A stretch of DNA of 64,000 bases from Patescibacteria group bacterium (GCA_016936175.1 JAFGPN010000015.1:16636-80635); one strand, 5' to 3'; counted from the stretch's first letter, positions 37,479 to 47,689 are shown. Notes: a model not told the origin generated them from the sequence alone. Numbers and translations: made by a program.

Positions 37479-37973
37479 TCAGGCGTTATCAGCTAACAAC
37501 TTTTCGTAGCCTGCTTTTAACAGACGGGTATCAGTTAAAGCATTATGCTGATCGATAATCGGTTGATGGATGTATCCGCGCGGGTCAACTCCGCTGAAAA
37601 ATAGCAAGGTAGCCATGTCGAGGGGGAACCAATAATCATAAGTCGGCCGATCTTTGGGCATACCAAATGTTTTCCAGAAGAACACCACATCAAAGTGGTT
37701 GATATACGACACAACGTAGGGATGATTTGGCCCGATAAATTCATTTAGTTTCTCCCAGGCTGCTGCCCGGCTTACCAGTGGCCCAGTAAATTTGGGAATC
37801 ACGTTTTCTTTTACCCAATCATCCAGGGTGTTCGGATCGTGTTCGATTTCCAAGTACAACTCCTCACCGGTTGGTTTGATCAAGGCGATCGAAATAATCT
37901 CGCCCACCGCTGGATTAATGGTGGAGAACTCCGCGTCCATAAAGAGCAAATTAGAGCTAAACGGTTTTATCAT
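37479..37973 (-). CDS. DEDDh-family 3'-5' exonuclease
   Basis: FMDAEFS (Exo I), a YxxxD motif and H-x4-D (HNALTD). Confidence 0.6.
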   Translation of the reverse strand: MIKPFSSNLLFMDAEFSTINPAVGEIISIALIKPTGEELYLEIEHDPNTLDDWVKENVIPKFTGPLVSRAAAWEKLNEFIGPNHPYVVSYINHFDVVFFWKTFGMPKDRPTYDYWFPLDMATLLFFSGVDPRGYIHQPIIDQHNALTDTRLLKAGYEKLLADNA

Positions 37974-39367
37974 TCGGTTTTGTTAGAGCTTTTAACAATC
38001 TCCCAGCGGATGGGAGCGCCAATTAGCGGATAATGTTCACGAACCTTTTTTTCTAAATATCGCAGATAAGAAAAGTGGATTTCCTCTGGATAGTTGACCT
38101 TGAGCGTGATGGTGGGTGGGCTAACTCGCTTAACGCTAGAGAAATAAATTTTGGGTATTTTGCGAGGACCTTTTGGCAGTTTAGCCGCAATAGCACTGCT
38201 AATAATTTGATTAAGCTGTTTGGTGGGGATTTTTTGATTCATTGAATGCCAAACAGTTTTGATGGTGGTAATAATTTTATCGGCGCGTTGGCCAGTTAGG
38301 GCCGAAACGTACACCCTGGGGGCCCATGGCACAAAAGGAAACTTCTGGGCTAAATATCTTTCGTACTCGGCCATCAGCTTGTCATCTTTTTCAACCGCGT
38401 CCCATTTGTTGATTACCAAGATTAACCCTTTGTCTGCCGCCAATATCATTTGGGTTACCTTCATGTCTTGAGCAATCACGCCCTCATCCGCTTCCATTAA
38501 CAGCAGGGCTATGTCAACATCCTGGAGTGATCTTAAAGCGCGCAGAGAGCTAAAATATTCTATTCCCTTTCCAATCTTGCCCGGCCGTCGTAACCCAGCC
38601 GTGTCGGTAATTTCGATATCAGCATCCTCCCCTGTAATCCGTCCCGTTAGAACATCTCGAGTGGTACCGGGTTGATTACTAACGAGCGCCCGCTTGCTTC
38701 CGATCAATTGATTAAACAGAGTCGATTTACCAACATTAGGTCGGCCTAATATCGATACTCTGATAATCGGCTTAGCATCTTTGGCCAGTTTTGTTACCTT
38801 GCCAACCTTACGAACTTTCTTTAGCTTCTTGATTAACTCGTCCAATATGTCACCGATGCCTCGACCTTGAATGGCTGATATTAATTGCGGTTCACCTAAT
38901 CCAAGTTGATGAAATTCATAGACCAATTGATCATATTTAGTTCCCTCGGCTTTATTGATAACCAGGATTACTGGCTTGCTTAGTTTCCGAATCAGTTCGG
39001 CGGCTGCTTTGTCGTCTGGTTGAAGTCCGGTCTTAGCATCAGCCAAAAATAGAATTAGATCGGCCGAGTCAATTGCCAACTGGGTTTGAGCAAGGATATC
39101 TTTTTCTAGATCGGTCTGAACTTCCGTTTCGATGCCGGCAGTATCGGCGATGGTAAAGGATGTTTTATCCCACACGACATTGCCGAACAGAACATCCCGG
39201 GTAGTGCCCGGAATCTCCGAAAGGATGGCTTGTCTTGAGCCCACTAGGCGATTGAACAGGGTAGACTTACCAACATTGGGGCGCCCGACGATGGCGACCA
39301 GGTATTTGCCAGTTTTATTCATCCCGTTAAAAATCTGCTTAGCGTCTATACCCAACCTTAGATTCAC
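37970..39367 (-). CDS. der: ribosome-associated GTPase Der/EngA (tandem GTPase domains plus KH)
   Basis: Two G1 motifs, GRPNVGKSTLFN twice. The start is uncertain (Met at 39367 or 39322). Confidence 0.9.
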   Translation of the reverse strand: MNLRLGIDAKQIFNGMNKTGKYLVAIVGRPNVGKSTLFNRLVGSRQAILSEIPGTTRDVLFGNVVWDKTSFTIADTAGIETEVQTDLEKDILAQTQLAIDSADLILFLADAKTGLQPDDKAAAELIRKLSKPVILVINKAEGTKYDQLVYEFHQLGLGEPQLISAIQGRGIGDILDELIKKLKKVRKVGKVTKLAKDAKPIIRVSILGRPNVGKSTLFNQLIGSKRALVSNQPGTTRDVLTGRITGEDADIEITDTAGLRRPGKIGKGIEYFSSLRALRSLQDVDIALLLMEADEGVIAQDMKVTQMILAADKGLILVINKWDAVEKDDKLMAEYERYLAQKFPFVPWAPRVYVSALTGQRADKIITTIKTVWHSMNQKIPTKQLNQIISSAIAAKLPKGPRKIPKIYFSSVKRVSPPTITLKVNYPEEIHFSYLRYLEKKVREHYPLIGAPIRWEIVKSSNKTE

Positions 39368-39412
39368 CTTGGTTGTCCCGATAAGTGATTTCTAACGGGA
39401 CAGGCATTTCTA

Positions 39413-40330
39413 TTATAGGGGCTCTATCCAAGTGTAGGCCTTTAGCGCCCAATCTAATAAAGTTTGTCCCTCCTCGAATCGCGCCGGACTATTTAGGAGC
39501 ACTGCGATTACAGTTTGATTAGAGTTGCCCTTAGCGGCGACTACTAATGAAGCCCCGGCCTCTTCGGTGGTGCCGGTTTTTACACCAATTACATTAAGGT
39601 ATTTGCCGATTAATTTATTGGTGTTTTCTAAGTTGTGTTTAATCTTTCCGGTTATATCGGTGACGGTGGTTTTTTGGATACTTACAATCGAACGAAATAT
39701 CTCATTTTTCATGGCGTAGGCGGTTAGTGTAGCCAACTCGCGAGCGGTAGAAAAATGAGCCACATCATCGGCACCGTAGCTATTAGTAAAATGAGTATTA
39801 GTTAGGCCCAATTCGTTTGCATACCTATCCATCGCATCAACAAACCGATCTACATTGCCAAAGGTACCCTCTGCCAAAGCGTAGGCGGCGTCGTTGGCAG
39901 AATCGATTAACATCCCCTTCATTAGATTTTTAATCGTCATGGTTTCGTTCTCCAGCAAATACATCTGGGAACCGCCAACTTTGGCGGCGGCGCCTGATAC
40001 TGTTAGGGTGTTCTCGAGGTTGGTTTTATAGCGCAATACAACCATAGCGGTCATGATTTTTGTAATACTGGCGATGGCTAGCCTCTCATCCGGGTTCTTA
40101 GATAAAAGTACTTTGCCGGTATCAGCATCAACTACGATGGCCGAAGTAGCCCTGACAGTGGGATCTTTATATAGCGGATTTCTTACCGGTTCGGGTTTGA
40201 GAGCGGTGGCCAATGTTCGAAGTGGGTTTTGGGCTGGATCTGTAACCGAGCTAATCAAACTATCCTTAATGCTATTTAAGGATCCGGTAAAGAAATTAAT
40301 TACAATCAAAAATATCGCTACGGTCTTCAT
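39413..40330 (-). CDS. D-alanyl-D-alanine carboxypeptidase (serine type, PBP5-like)
   Basis: Signal peptide. SxxK motif within ASITKIMT, plus SGN and KTG motifs. Confidence 0.8.
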   Translation of the reverse strand: MKTVAIFLIVINFFTGSLNSIKDSLISSVTDPAQNPLRTLATALKPEPVRNPLYKDPTVRATSAIVVDADTGKVLLSKNPDERLAIASITKIMTAMVVLRYKTNLENTLTVSGAAAKVGGSQMYLLENETMTIKNLMKGMLIDSANDAAYALAEGTFGNVDRFVDAMDRYANELGLTNTHFTNSYGADDVAHFSTARELATLTAYAMKNEIFRSIVSIQKTTVTDITGKIKHNLENTNKLIGKYLNVIGVKTGTTEEAGASLVVAAKGNSNQTVIAVLLNSPARFEEGQTLLDWALKAYTWIEPL

Positions 40331-40424
40331 AAATCAATTGTTGTCATTGCGAGCGTAGCGAAGCAATCTCTGAGATTGCCGCGTCGTCCCGACTTTAGTC
40401 GGGACTCCTCGCCATAACCGGTTG

Positions 40425-41810
40425 TTATTTGGATTTTTTAAATGAGATGCCCAATTCTTTTAGTTGTTCTGGGTTGGCTTCTCTGGGGGTGCCCATCATC
40501 GGATCGCGGGCTTTATCGGTTTTCGGAAAGGCGATTACCTCTCGGATATTGGGTTCGTTCTGCAAAACCATTACTAAACGATCTAATCCCCAGGCGATGC
40601 CACCGTGGGGAGGGGCGCCGTATGAAAACGCCTCCAACATATGGCCGAAATCTGTTTTGATCTGATCATCAGAATATCCCATAATCCCCAGTGCCGCTTG
40701 CAGAGCTTTAGGCTCATGGTTTCTAATACTGCCGCCACCGATCTCGAAACCATTTAAAACCACGTCGTACTGGGCGGCCACGATCTCACCGACATTTTTC
40801 TTAGCCAATAATTTGGGCATGCTCTCGGGCATTGGAGCGGAGAATGGGTTGTGAGTAAAGGTCCAACCACCTGATTTATCTTTTTCGAAGAAAGGAAAAT
40901 CAACTATCCAGCAAAATGCTAACAGGTCGGGGTCTTGTTTATCCTCGCGGAGGTCTGGCCGATCAGTTTTAAATTTTTTCTGTGCTTCGGCATAAGTAAA
41001 TCGGGGGAAGGGTATCGTCTGAATCCGTTTTTTGGGATATAAGGTTTTTACCAATTCGATTAGCAGTTTTTCGTTGAGCGCCATTACATCTTCGCGTTCA
41101 ACAAACGACATTTCGAGATCGAGTTGGGTAAATTCGGGTTGGCGATCCCCTCTCGAGTCTTCGTCACGCATACATTTAGCTATCTGGTAGTAGCGCTCTA
41201 TGCCGGCGGTCATCAATAGTTGTTTGTATTGCTGAGGGGCTTGAGGCAGAGCGTAGAAACTGCCAAGATATTTGCGGCTGGGAACTAAGAAGTCTCTGGC
41301 CCCCTCAGGGGTCGGTGCCGATAGGATAGGTGTCTCTACGTCGATAAACCCCTCTTGGTTCAAGAAGGTTCGAATATGGTTGATTAATTTGTGGCGCGCA
41401 ATTAGATTATTTTTAATTCGCTCATGGCGGATATCCAAGTAACGGTATTTTAGCCGCAACTCTTCGTCGGTAGCCTTTTCCTTATCAATTTCGAAAGGTG
41501 GTGTCTGGGCTGAGTTAATAATAATTAGCTCGGTAGCGGCGACCTCCACTTTGCCGGTGGCGATCTTAGGGTTGCAATACTTCTCGCCTCTCTCCACCAC
41601 CTTTCCGTTTACTTCGACTACATATTCGGCCCCCAATTCTTTAGTGAGATGAGATTTAGTATCGTCGAATACTACCTGGATGATGCCAGAAACATCACGC
41701 AAATCCACAAATACGATGCCACCCATGTTACGGATACTATGTACCCATCCCTTTAGTGTGACTTTTTTCCCAATCTGTTTTATCGCTTCCAGCGCTAAAC
41801 TTCGTTTCAT
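40425..41810 (-). CDS. aspS: aspartyl-tRNA synthetase, short archaeal/eukaryal-type (likely non-discriminating)
   Basis: Class II motifs including GAPPHGGIAWGLDRLVM. At 461 aa it is the short type, and GatCAB is present. Confidence 0.85.
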   Translation of the reverse strand: MKRSLALEAIKQIGKKVTLKGWVHSIRNMGGIVFVDLRDVSGIIQVVFDDTKSHLTKELGAEYVVEVNGKVVERGEKYCNPKIATGKVEVAATELIIINSAQTPPFEIDKEKATDEELRLKYRYLDIRHERIKNNLIARHKLINHIRTFLNQEGFIDVETPILSAPTPEGARDFLVPSRKYLGSFYALPQAPQQYKQLLMTAGIERYYQIAKCMRDEDSRGDRQPEFTQLDLEMSFVEREDVMALNEKLLIELVKTLYPKKRIQTIPFPRFTYAEAQKKFKTDRPDLREDKQDPDLLAFCWIVDFPFFEKDKSGGWTFTHNPFSAPMPESMPKLLAKKNVGEIVAAQYDVVLNGFEIGGGSIRNHEPKALQAALGIMGYSDDQIKTDFGHMLEAFSYGAPPHGGIAWGLDRLVMVLQNEPNIREVIAFPKTDKARDPMMGTPREANPEQLKELGISFKKSK

Positions 41811-41928
41811 TTGGTAGTTTTACCCTAACATCATAACATTGCCAGATTTCAGATGCCAGATTTCCGATCTCGGACACGAAAAAACGCTCTCCGATCTCTG
41901 ATATCCGACGTCTGATATCCGGACTCTG

Positions 41929-42216
41929 TTATTTGCCAATCATTAGCTTGGCCAGGGAATTAAAAACATTCTGCAAGACCGGAACGATACCTGGGAAGAG
42001 CACTACAATTAGCACCAACCACATCCAGTTCTTTTTGATCAGATTCCACAAGAAGGCGGCCAGCGCCAAGATGATAATAATTGATACTACCCACTGATAC
42101 TTTTCTGGAAAGATGCCAATAAACTGGTTGTAGATGTTAAAGATTCGCTCGAAGAAGCCGGTGGTGGCCTCTTCGGTAACTTTGTCGACGATGGCATTAG
42201 TGATGGTGTTGTTCAT
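41929..42216 (-). CDS. small membrane protein
   Basis: Two TM helices. Confidence 0.4.
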   Translation of the reverse strand: MNNTITNAIVDKVTEEATTGFFERIFNIYNQFIGIFPEKYQWVVSIIIILALAAFLWNLIKKNWMWLVLIVVLFPGIVPVLQNVFNSLAKLMIGK

Positions 42217-42237
42217 TCCACCAATATTTTATCATCT

Positions 42238-43242
42238 CTATTTTACCATAGCGGCCTTAAATTCTTCTACCATATCAACCGGGGTGGGATCAATGCCTAA
42301 GGAGAGGGCCAAGAAATAAGATACCCAATCCATTAGCATTAGTGTGCTTAGGGCTTTTTCTGGATAGGTTTTTCCCACCATATCGACGATCTTACTGGCC
42401 ACCCCTCGCCCCTTCAATACTTGCGCCAAGATCTCTATCCGTTGGTTAATCTTTGGATGATCGTTCTTATCTCTTAGCATCAATGCAAAGTAGGCGCCCT
42501 GCTGCAGATTAGTAAAGCCGACCATCTCATTATGGTTCATCTCTGGTAAAACATTCCAAAAGCAGGGTACCTTACTGTTCTCATTAATCTTGATTTTAGC
42601 GATACGCGCTACTGGCCAGTAGTTATCCGAAGCATAGATTAGGGGTGTGCGACCGATTAGTTCGTGGGCAATTCTGCTACCCATCTCTTCGAGTGGTTGT
42701 CCCTTTAAAAATTCGGCGGTCGAAAGTAAAGCATCCTTAGCGGATTCCGGTAGTATCCGAGCGTTTATTAGTAGTTGAGTTAAGACAGCTATAACATATC
42801 CAGATGACATTCTTGGCTGAAAATTCTGGGACTCCTTGATTAATAGCGCCAACGGCCAGGAGTTTACCCGAGCTAACTCGGCTAATTTACCGCCAGAAGC
42901 TATCGTGATGATCCGTGCCCCTTGTTGGTGCGCGGTTTCTATTGCCGAGAGGGTCTCCTCGGTGTTACCCGAAAAGGATATGCCGATGACCAGGGTCTTG
43001 GACGATACGAATTTTGGCAGGTCGTAGCTCCGGTGCACCGAAAAAGGCACTTGGATGCTTGGCTTGAAGAAAGCATAAACTAGATCGGGCGCCAGAGCGC
43101 TACCGCCAATTCCAACGATTATTACCTCGTTAATATCTGTGGGAATCTGAATATCTTTTGCCAAAGCAAGCCCCTTGGCAAATTGCTCTGGGTAGCCCTT
43201 AATCATCGAATACATGTCGGACGGATCTTTTGGATTCATCAT
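42238..43242 (-). CDS. bifunctional phosphoglucose/phosphomannose isomerase (SIS domain, archaeal type)
   Basis: VIIVGIGGSALAPDL and GISFSGNTEET SIS motifs. Confidence 0.7.
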   Translation of the reverse strand: MMNPKDPSDMYSMIKGYPEQFAKGLALAKDIQIPTDINEVIIVGIGGSALAPDLVYAFFKPSIQVPFSVHRSYDLPKFVSSKTLVIGISFSGNTEETLSAIETAHQQGARIITIASGGKLAELARVNSWPLALLIKESQNFQPRMSSGYVIAVLTQLLINARILPESAKDALLSTAEFLKGQPLEEMGSRIAHELIGRTPLIYASDNYWPVARIAKIKINENSKVPCFWNVLPEMNHNEMVGFTNLQQGAYFALMLRDKNDHPKINQRIEILAQVLKGRGVASKIVDMVGKTYPEKALSTLMLMDWVSYFLALSLGIDPTPVDMVEEFKAAMVK

Positions 43243-43255
43243 ATTCCTCTTATTT

Positions 43256-43292
43256 TGCCGACCTGGAGTGCGATCGCACTCCTAATCGGCAA
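43256..43292. repeat. inverted-repeat element with a GCGATCGC core (copy 3)
   Basis: ttgccgacctggagtgcgatcgcactcctaatcggcaa. Confidence 0.65.
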
Positions 43293-43303
43293 GGGTAAAT
43301 AAG

Positions 43304-44161
43304 TTATCTAGCGAGTTTTTTAACAAATTTCAGCTCTTTGATTCGGCTGGAAATAGCTCCCTTCGAATCGCCACCATACGGAGTTTCCATAATAAATGGG
43401 AGAGTGCGGAGCTTGGGGTGATGTAAGAGCGCTTTAAAACCAACGGTTCCAACATACCCTTGCCCGATCAGGGCATGGCGATCTTTTTTGGAACCAAGTT
43501 CGAATAGAGCATCATTAACGTGAATAAATTTTAGGTGTTGGATGCCGATTAGTTTATCGAATTTTTTTACCAACGCATCAATATCTTTTTTGGTGCGTAG
43601 GTCTATACCAGAAACAAATAAATGGCAAGTATCTAAGCAGAATCCAAATCTTTTTTTGTTCTTTATCCCCCGCCAGATCTGGGCTAACTCCTCGATAGTA
43701 TCGCCGATGCGATTTCCCGCTCCGGCATCGTTTTCGATAATTAAGGGGATGGGATATTTCTCGTCGCTTAATTCGGCCAATCGATTTAAAGTTTCTGTGG
43801 CCAATTTTAGACCTTCTTCGTTGCTGTTCTGGTTACTGCCGCAGTGGAAGTTGTAGCCATCGGCTCCAATCGCATAGGCGACTCTAATCTCTTCCTTCAT
43901 CTTTTTTAGGCTCATTCGCCGTAAGGTATTTTTATGGCTGGCTGGATTAGGTAGATAAGCGGAGTGAACTAAAACTTTTTTAACCTTTGATTTAGATAGG
44001 GCGCCTTTAAATTTTTTTACGACTGCTAAATCCACCTCCGGTGTCTGCCACACCTGAGGGCTGCCCACAAAAATTTGGATGGCAGTACAGCCGATGATTT
44101 CGGCTTCGGCAATAGCTTTATGTAACCCCCCGGCGGCGGAAACGTGATAGCCAATTAGCAT
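43304..44161 (-). CDS. nfo: endonuclease IV (AP endonuclease family 2)
   Basis: MLIGYHVSAAGG N-terminus, with conserved His/Asp/Glu metal ligands spaced as in Nfo. Confidence 0.85.
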   Translation of the reverse strand: MLIGYHVSAAGGLHKAIAEAEIIGCTAIQIFVGSPQVWQTPEVDLAVVKKFKGALSKSKVKKVLVHSAYLPNPASHKNTLRRMSLKKMKEEIRVAYAIGADGYNFHCGSNQNSNEEGLKLATETLNRLAELSDEKYPIPLIIENDAGAGNRIGDTIEELAQIWRGIKNKKRFGFCLDTCHLFVSGIDLRTKKDIDALVKKFDKLIGIQHLKFIHVNDALFELGSKKDRHALIGQGYVGTVGFKALLHHPKLRTLPFIMETPYGGDSKGAISSRIKELKFVKKLAR

Positions 44162-44163
44162 AG

Positions 44164-44607
44164 CTACATTCTACCAGTTGTTGTGGAAACTATCTCTACC
44201 TGATCAGCTGGCTTAGCGGCGGCAATGGCTTCGGCTCTAAAATTTATCCAGGCAGGGGTGGCCCAATCGTCCACATCAGCCACTAGTGGGTGTCCCCCTA
44301 AAGCACCGTGTAGTTTAGCATCGCTGTCTATAAAATGAATTGGGTGATCTCGTTGGGTGATGTCAGGGGGATCGACAACCATACCGGTTTTACGATCCAT
44401 GCCGCAAAGCCAGTGATATGGTTGAGTGGTTGGTTGGTTACCATTATTGCCGGATATCTCTCTTGATTCAATTACTATCCCTCCAAGCTCAGAAAAATGT
44501 TTTGCTCGCTCGAACGGCTCGAGATTTTCCTCGACCATCTGGCGGAGACAGACTATCTCGGCTGTGTGCTTTGGGTCGGACCAATATTCAGGCGCCTCTC
44601 TGCCCAT
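44164..44607 (-). CDS. hypothetical protein
   Basis: ORF abutting nfo. Confidence 0.35.
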   Translation of the reverse strand: MGREAPEYWSDPKHTAEIVCLRQMVEENLEPFERAKHFSELGGIVIESREISGNNGNQPTTQPYHWLCGMDRKTGMVVDPPDITQRDHPIHFIDSDAKLHGALGGHPLVADVDDWATPAWINFRAEAIAAAKPADQVEIVSTTTGRM

Positions 44608-44751
44608 GAAGTTAGCTTTAACTTATTACCCTTCAGTCTATCAGAAAAGCGTTTGGTTATTAAAAAAGCGAGGGGCGGATCGTTGGTCAACCCGCCAATC
44701 CTCGCTTAATGCTCCAGGGCGAATTATGCGGCTCGGCTGGGATCGGTGCTG

Positions 44752-46068
44752 CTAAGTCACCGATTGATCAGCGGGCATCGCAGCGTACAGCTCAATCATG
44801 GTACGCAGAATTTGCGGGATTGCCTCCAGCTCTTCTATTACCACAAATTCCTGTGGTCCGTGAAGATTGCGGGTGCCCGTTCCGATGTTCGGTGACGGCA
44901 GATTGGGATAGTGCATGTTCACCATCGCTCCGTCCGTGCCACCGCGCACTGACTTATAGTAGGGCTTAAACCCACAGATTTCATGTGCGCGGAAGCCGAC
45001 CGATACCAGCTCGCGGTGTGCTTCCGTTGCATCCTGGATGTTGATGGACATCACTCGATCCGACACTTTGAATGTCGCCCGGTAAAGAGCTGCGGCTTCT
45101 TCTGCGATCTCACGAATGTTCTCTAACATCCAGTCGGACTCCTCGCGGCGGAACGACCTGGGGATGCAGGTGACCCTGGCTCCGCTAGCCTTGCCGCTGT
45201 ACTCCGTCACGTAATAGAAAGGCTGCTGGCCGCGGCTACGCATTGGCGTACGATGACGCAACAAAGCGGCCATTAGTTCCATGGCGGCGTATTGAGCCGG
45301 GTGCAACTTGTGAGGGCTGACTCCAGGATGCGCGTCAACTCCCGCAAAATCGATTACGACCTCACGGGTAATGAAACAGGCATTCTCCACTGGCCCGACT
45401 TCCTCGCCATCCACCGTCCATAAGACGTTCCACGACCGTACCAGCTCTTCCGGCAAGGTACTGATGTCTAGCGCACCAATCTCCTCGTCCACGCAGAACC
45501 AGAAGGTTAGTGGACCGTGAGGTTCAGGCTCTTGTACCAACTGGTACATGGTTTCAATCAGCGCAACCACCCCTGCCTTGTCATCGCCCCCGAGTAGCGT
45601 AGTGCCGTCGGATGTAATGATGGTCTTGCCCACTAGACCACCCAAATCACTCTCCGGAATGACCTGGCCACTGTCGGCCAGGGTTAAGTCGCCGCCCTCG
45701 TAAATGCGGATATGCGGATTGCATACCTGGCCTGGGAAGCCATAGTAGGTGTCCAGGTGGGCGGCAAAGCAAACATGCGGTGTCGTTTCGTAGCCTGGGG
45801 TAGCCGGAATAATCAGTGCAAACGAGCCGTCCTGAAATGACTGAATGCGCCAGTTGTTCGGCAAGCCGAAGTCAGCTAGATCCCGCCTGATCATATCGGC
45901 TAAAGTTTCCTGGCCAGGAGTGCTTGGATGGTGGATTTCCGCGCCATCCTCAAATTTACACGAGCGAGTGTCTACGGCAATGTATCGTAGAAACCGCTCG
46001 ATAATGGTACTCCGTTTCACGGGGCAGTCCTCCTTCTGGATGTCAAACAATGTATGCTTCACAAACAA
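44752..46068 (-). CDS. pepT: peptidase T-like M20 tripeptide aminopeptidase
   Basis: HLDT, GGDDKAG and DEEIG motifs. A GTG at 46020 with a ggagg ribosome-binding site is a likelier start than the track ATG. Confidence 0.75.
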   Translation of the reverse strand: MFVKHTLFDIQKEDCPVKRSTIIERFLRYIAVDTRSCKFEDGAEIHHPSTPGQETLADMIRRDLADFGLPNNWRIQSFQDGSFALIIPATPGYETTPHVCFAAHLDTYYGFPGQVCNPHIRIYEGGDLTLADSGQVIPESDLGGLVGKTIITSDGTTLLGGDDKAGVVALIETMYQLVQEPEPHGPLTFWFCVDEEIGALDISTLPEELVRSWNVLWTVDGEEVGPVENACFITREVVIDFAGVDAHPGVSPHKLHPAQYAAMELMAALLRHRTPMRSRGQQPFYYVTEYSGKASGARVTCIPRSFRREESDWMLENIREIAEEAAALYRATFKVSDRVMSINIQDATEAHRELVSVGFRAHEICGFKPYYKSVRGGTDGAMVNMHYPNLPSPNIGTGTRNLHGPQEFVVIEELEAIPQILRTMIELYAAMPADQSVT

Positions 46069-46254
46069 GCTAGACCAACTAGCTCACTTGGCTACTTAGT
46101 CTATCAAACAGGTAGTTTCTGGCAAGTCATAGTTAATGACAAAGGCATAAAGCTTTGTTATATATAGATGAGACAAGCCGTTATCATTCCGTCTACGCCG
46201 AGGCTACGCCGGACTACACTAGTGGTTAGGACGTCTCAAGCTGACAATTATCAA

Positions 46255-46329
46255 GCCGCCATCGTCTAGTGGTTAGGACGCAAGATTCTCATTCTTGTAA
46301 CCGGGGTTCGACTCCCCGTGGCGGTACCA
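46255..46329 (+). tRNA. tRNA-Glu (anticodon CTC), CCA encoded
   Basis: Manual cloverleaf: acceptor GCCGCCA/TGGCGGT, D-loop AGTGGTTAG, anticodon stem CAAGA/TCTTG with loop TTCTCAT, T-arm CGGGGTTCGACTCCCCG. Confidence 0.85.
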
Positions 46330-46431
46330 CTTCAGAGCTCTTGCCAAGAAGCCCCAGAGGTGATATTTTTGCCTGGTACAGCCTGGGCTGGGATGCCCAA
46401 GCACGAATAGCCAGACGATAAGCCAGAAGAT

Positions 46432-46992
46432 ATGGTTGGACAGCTCCGGAAGATACAAATAGGGGTAATGGGGTCGGCTGCGGATTTGGAGTACTCCAAG
46501 GAATTAGAGCAGTTGGCTTTTGAGATCGGTAGTCGCATTGCCGAAAGCGGCAATATCACCGTGTACGGAGCAGAAAAAGATTACGACTCACTCTCAACTG
46601 CTGCCTCACGTGGCGCCAAGAGTGCTGGCGGTATTACAGTTGGTATAACCTACGGGAAGGGTAAAGATATTTGGGATAAAGATGGCAACACGGATGTCAT
46701 CATAGCTACTGGTATCGAAAGAGGCGGAGGCCGCGAATTTGTGCTAGTTAATTCTTGTGATGCTATTATCATCGTATCTGGAGGATCCGGGACGCTAACC
46801 GAATCAGCCATCGCGTATCAACTGAATATCCCCATCGTGGCGCTAGTCGGTACTGGCGGTTGGGCCGATAAATTAGCGGATACCTATATTGACGGGCGTA
46901 ACCGAATCAAGGTTGGTGCGGCAACAACACCCAAAGAAGCGGTGGAACTGGCATTAGATTCAGCGCGCGGTAAGATGGCAAACAATGGTTGA
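46432..46992 (+). CDS. LOG-family / TIGR00725 Rossmann nucleotide-binding protein
   Basis: IGVMGSA N-terminus and a VSGGSGTLTE motif. Confidence 0.6.
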   Translation: MVGQLRKIQIGVMGSAADLEYSKELEQLAFEIGSRIAESGNITVYGAEKDYDSLSTAASRGAKSAGGITVGITYGKGKDIWDKDGNTDVIIATGIERGGGREFVLVNSCDAIIIVSGGSGTLTESAIAYQLNIPIVALVGTGGWADKLADTYIDGRNRIKVGAATTPKEAVELALDSARGKMANNG

Positions 46993-47689
46993 CGCTTCTA
47001 GGCAAAAGCAGCGTCATCCTATAATTTTTGATTTAGACGGCACACTCTATGAATTACGTGGCGGTTCTTATAAACGCTCTCTTCTGCGGAAGCGAGTGGT
47101 TGATAATGCCAGAAAGTATGTGGCCGCCAAACTCAAGTGTGGCGAGTCGAAAGCCCGTAAGGTCCTGGCTAACATTCAGAAATTATATGGTGAAAATGTG
47201 AGCATTGGGCTAGAAAAGGAATTTAAAATCAATCGTTATGATTATTTTGACACCGTTTGGAATATACCGGCCAAAGGTATCGTTAAGAAAGAGGGGGGGC
47301 TTGGCAAAACTCTATCGTCGCTAAAGACGAGATACGATTTAGTGCTGCTTTCCGATGCCCCGAGAGTGTGGATCGACAGCGTATTAGCGGAGCTGAGAAT
47401 AAAAGATATTTTTTGCGATAATGTTTTTTCTGGAGAAGGCAATAATCGCAAGGGATTAGGCACTGCTTTCCGGAATGTCACCAAGGCTTTGGATATTGAG
47501 CCCAGCAGCTGCATAGTAGTTGGCGACCAAGAAGATACTGACATTATCCCCGCGGTTAAGCTGGGCATGCGGGCTATTTTTGTACATCGCACTAGGCGTT
47601 CGAAGGTGGCGGATATTACGATTAAATCAATTATGCAGTTGCCGGCAGCTATTCGTGAGCTACCGGATCGTCGGGTGATCCGTAATTAG
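46985..47689 (+). CDS. HAD-superfamily hydrolase
   Basis: IIFDLDGTLY motif I and a GD..D motif IV. The start overlaps the previous stop. Confidence 0.7.
   Translation: MVDASRQKQRHPIIFDLDGTLYELRGGSYKRSLLRKRVVDNARKYVAAKLKCGESKARKVLANIQKLYGENVSIGLEKEFKINRYDYFDTVWNIPAKGIVKKEGGLGKTLSSLKTRYDLVLLSDAPRVWIDSVLAELRIKDIFCDNVFSGEGNNRKGLGTAFRNVTKALDIEPSSCIVVGDQEDTDIIPAVKLGMRAIFVHRTRRSKVADITIKSIMQLPAAIRELPDRRVIRN

Noticed and set aside
32211-43292. GCGATCGC octamers as evidence of a cyanobacterial (HIP1) origin
   Set aside because: Only three occurrences, all embedded in the same larger inverted-repeat element. The gene content is Patescibacteria-like, not cyanobacterial.
46190-46254. Second tRNA gene or integrase attachment site upstream of tRNA-Glu
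   Set aside because: The fragment has no T-arm or acceptor pairing. The duplication is the 5' D-arm part, not the 3' end used by integrases, and there is no integrase nearby.
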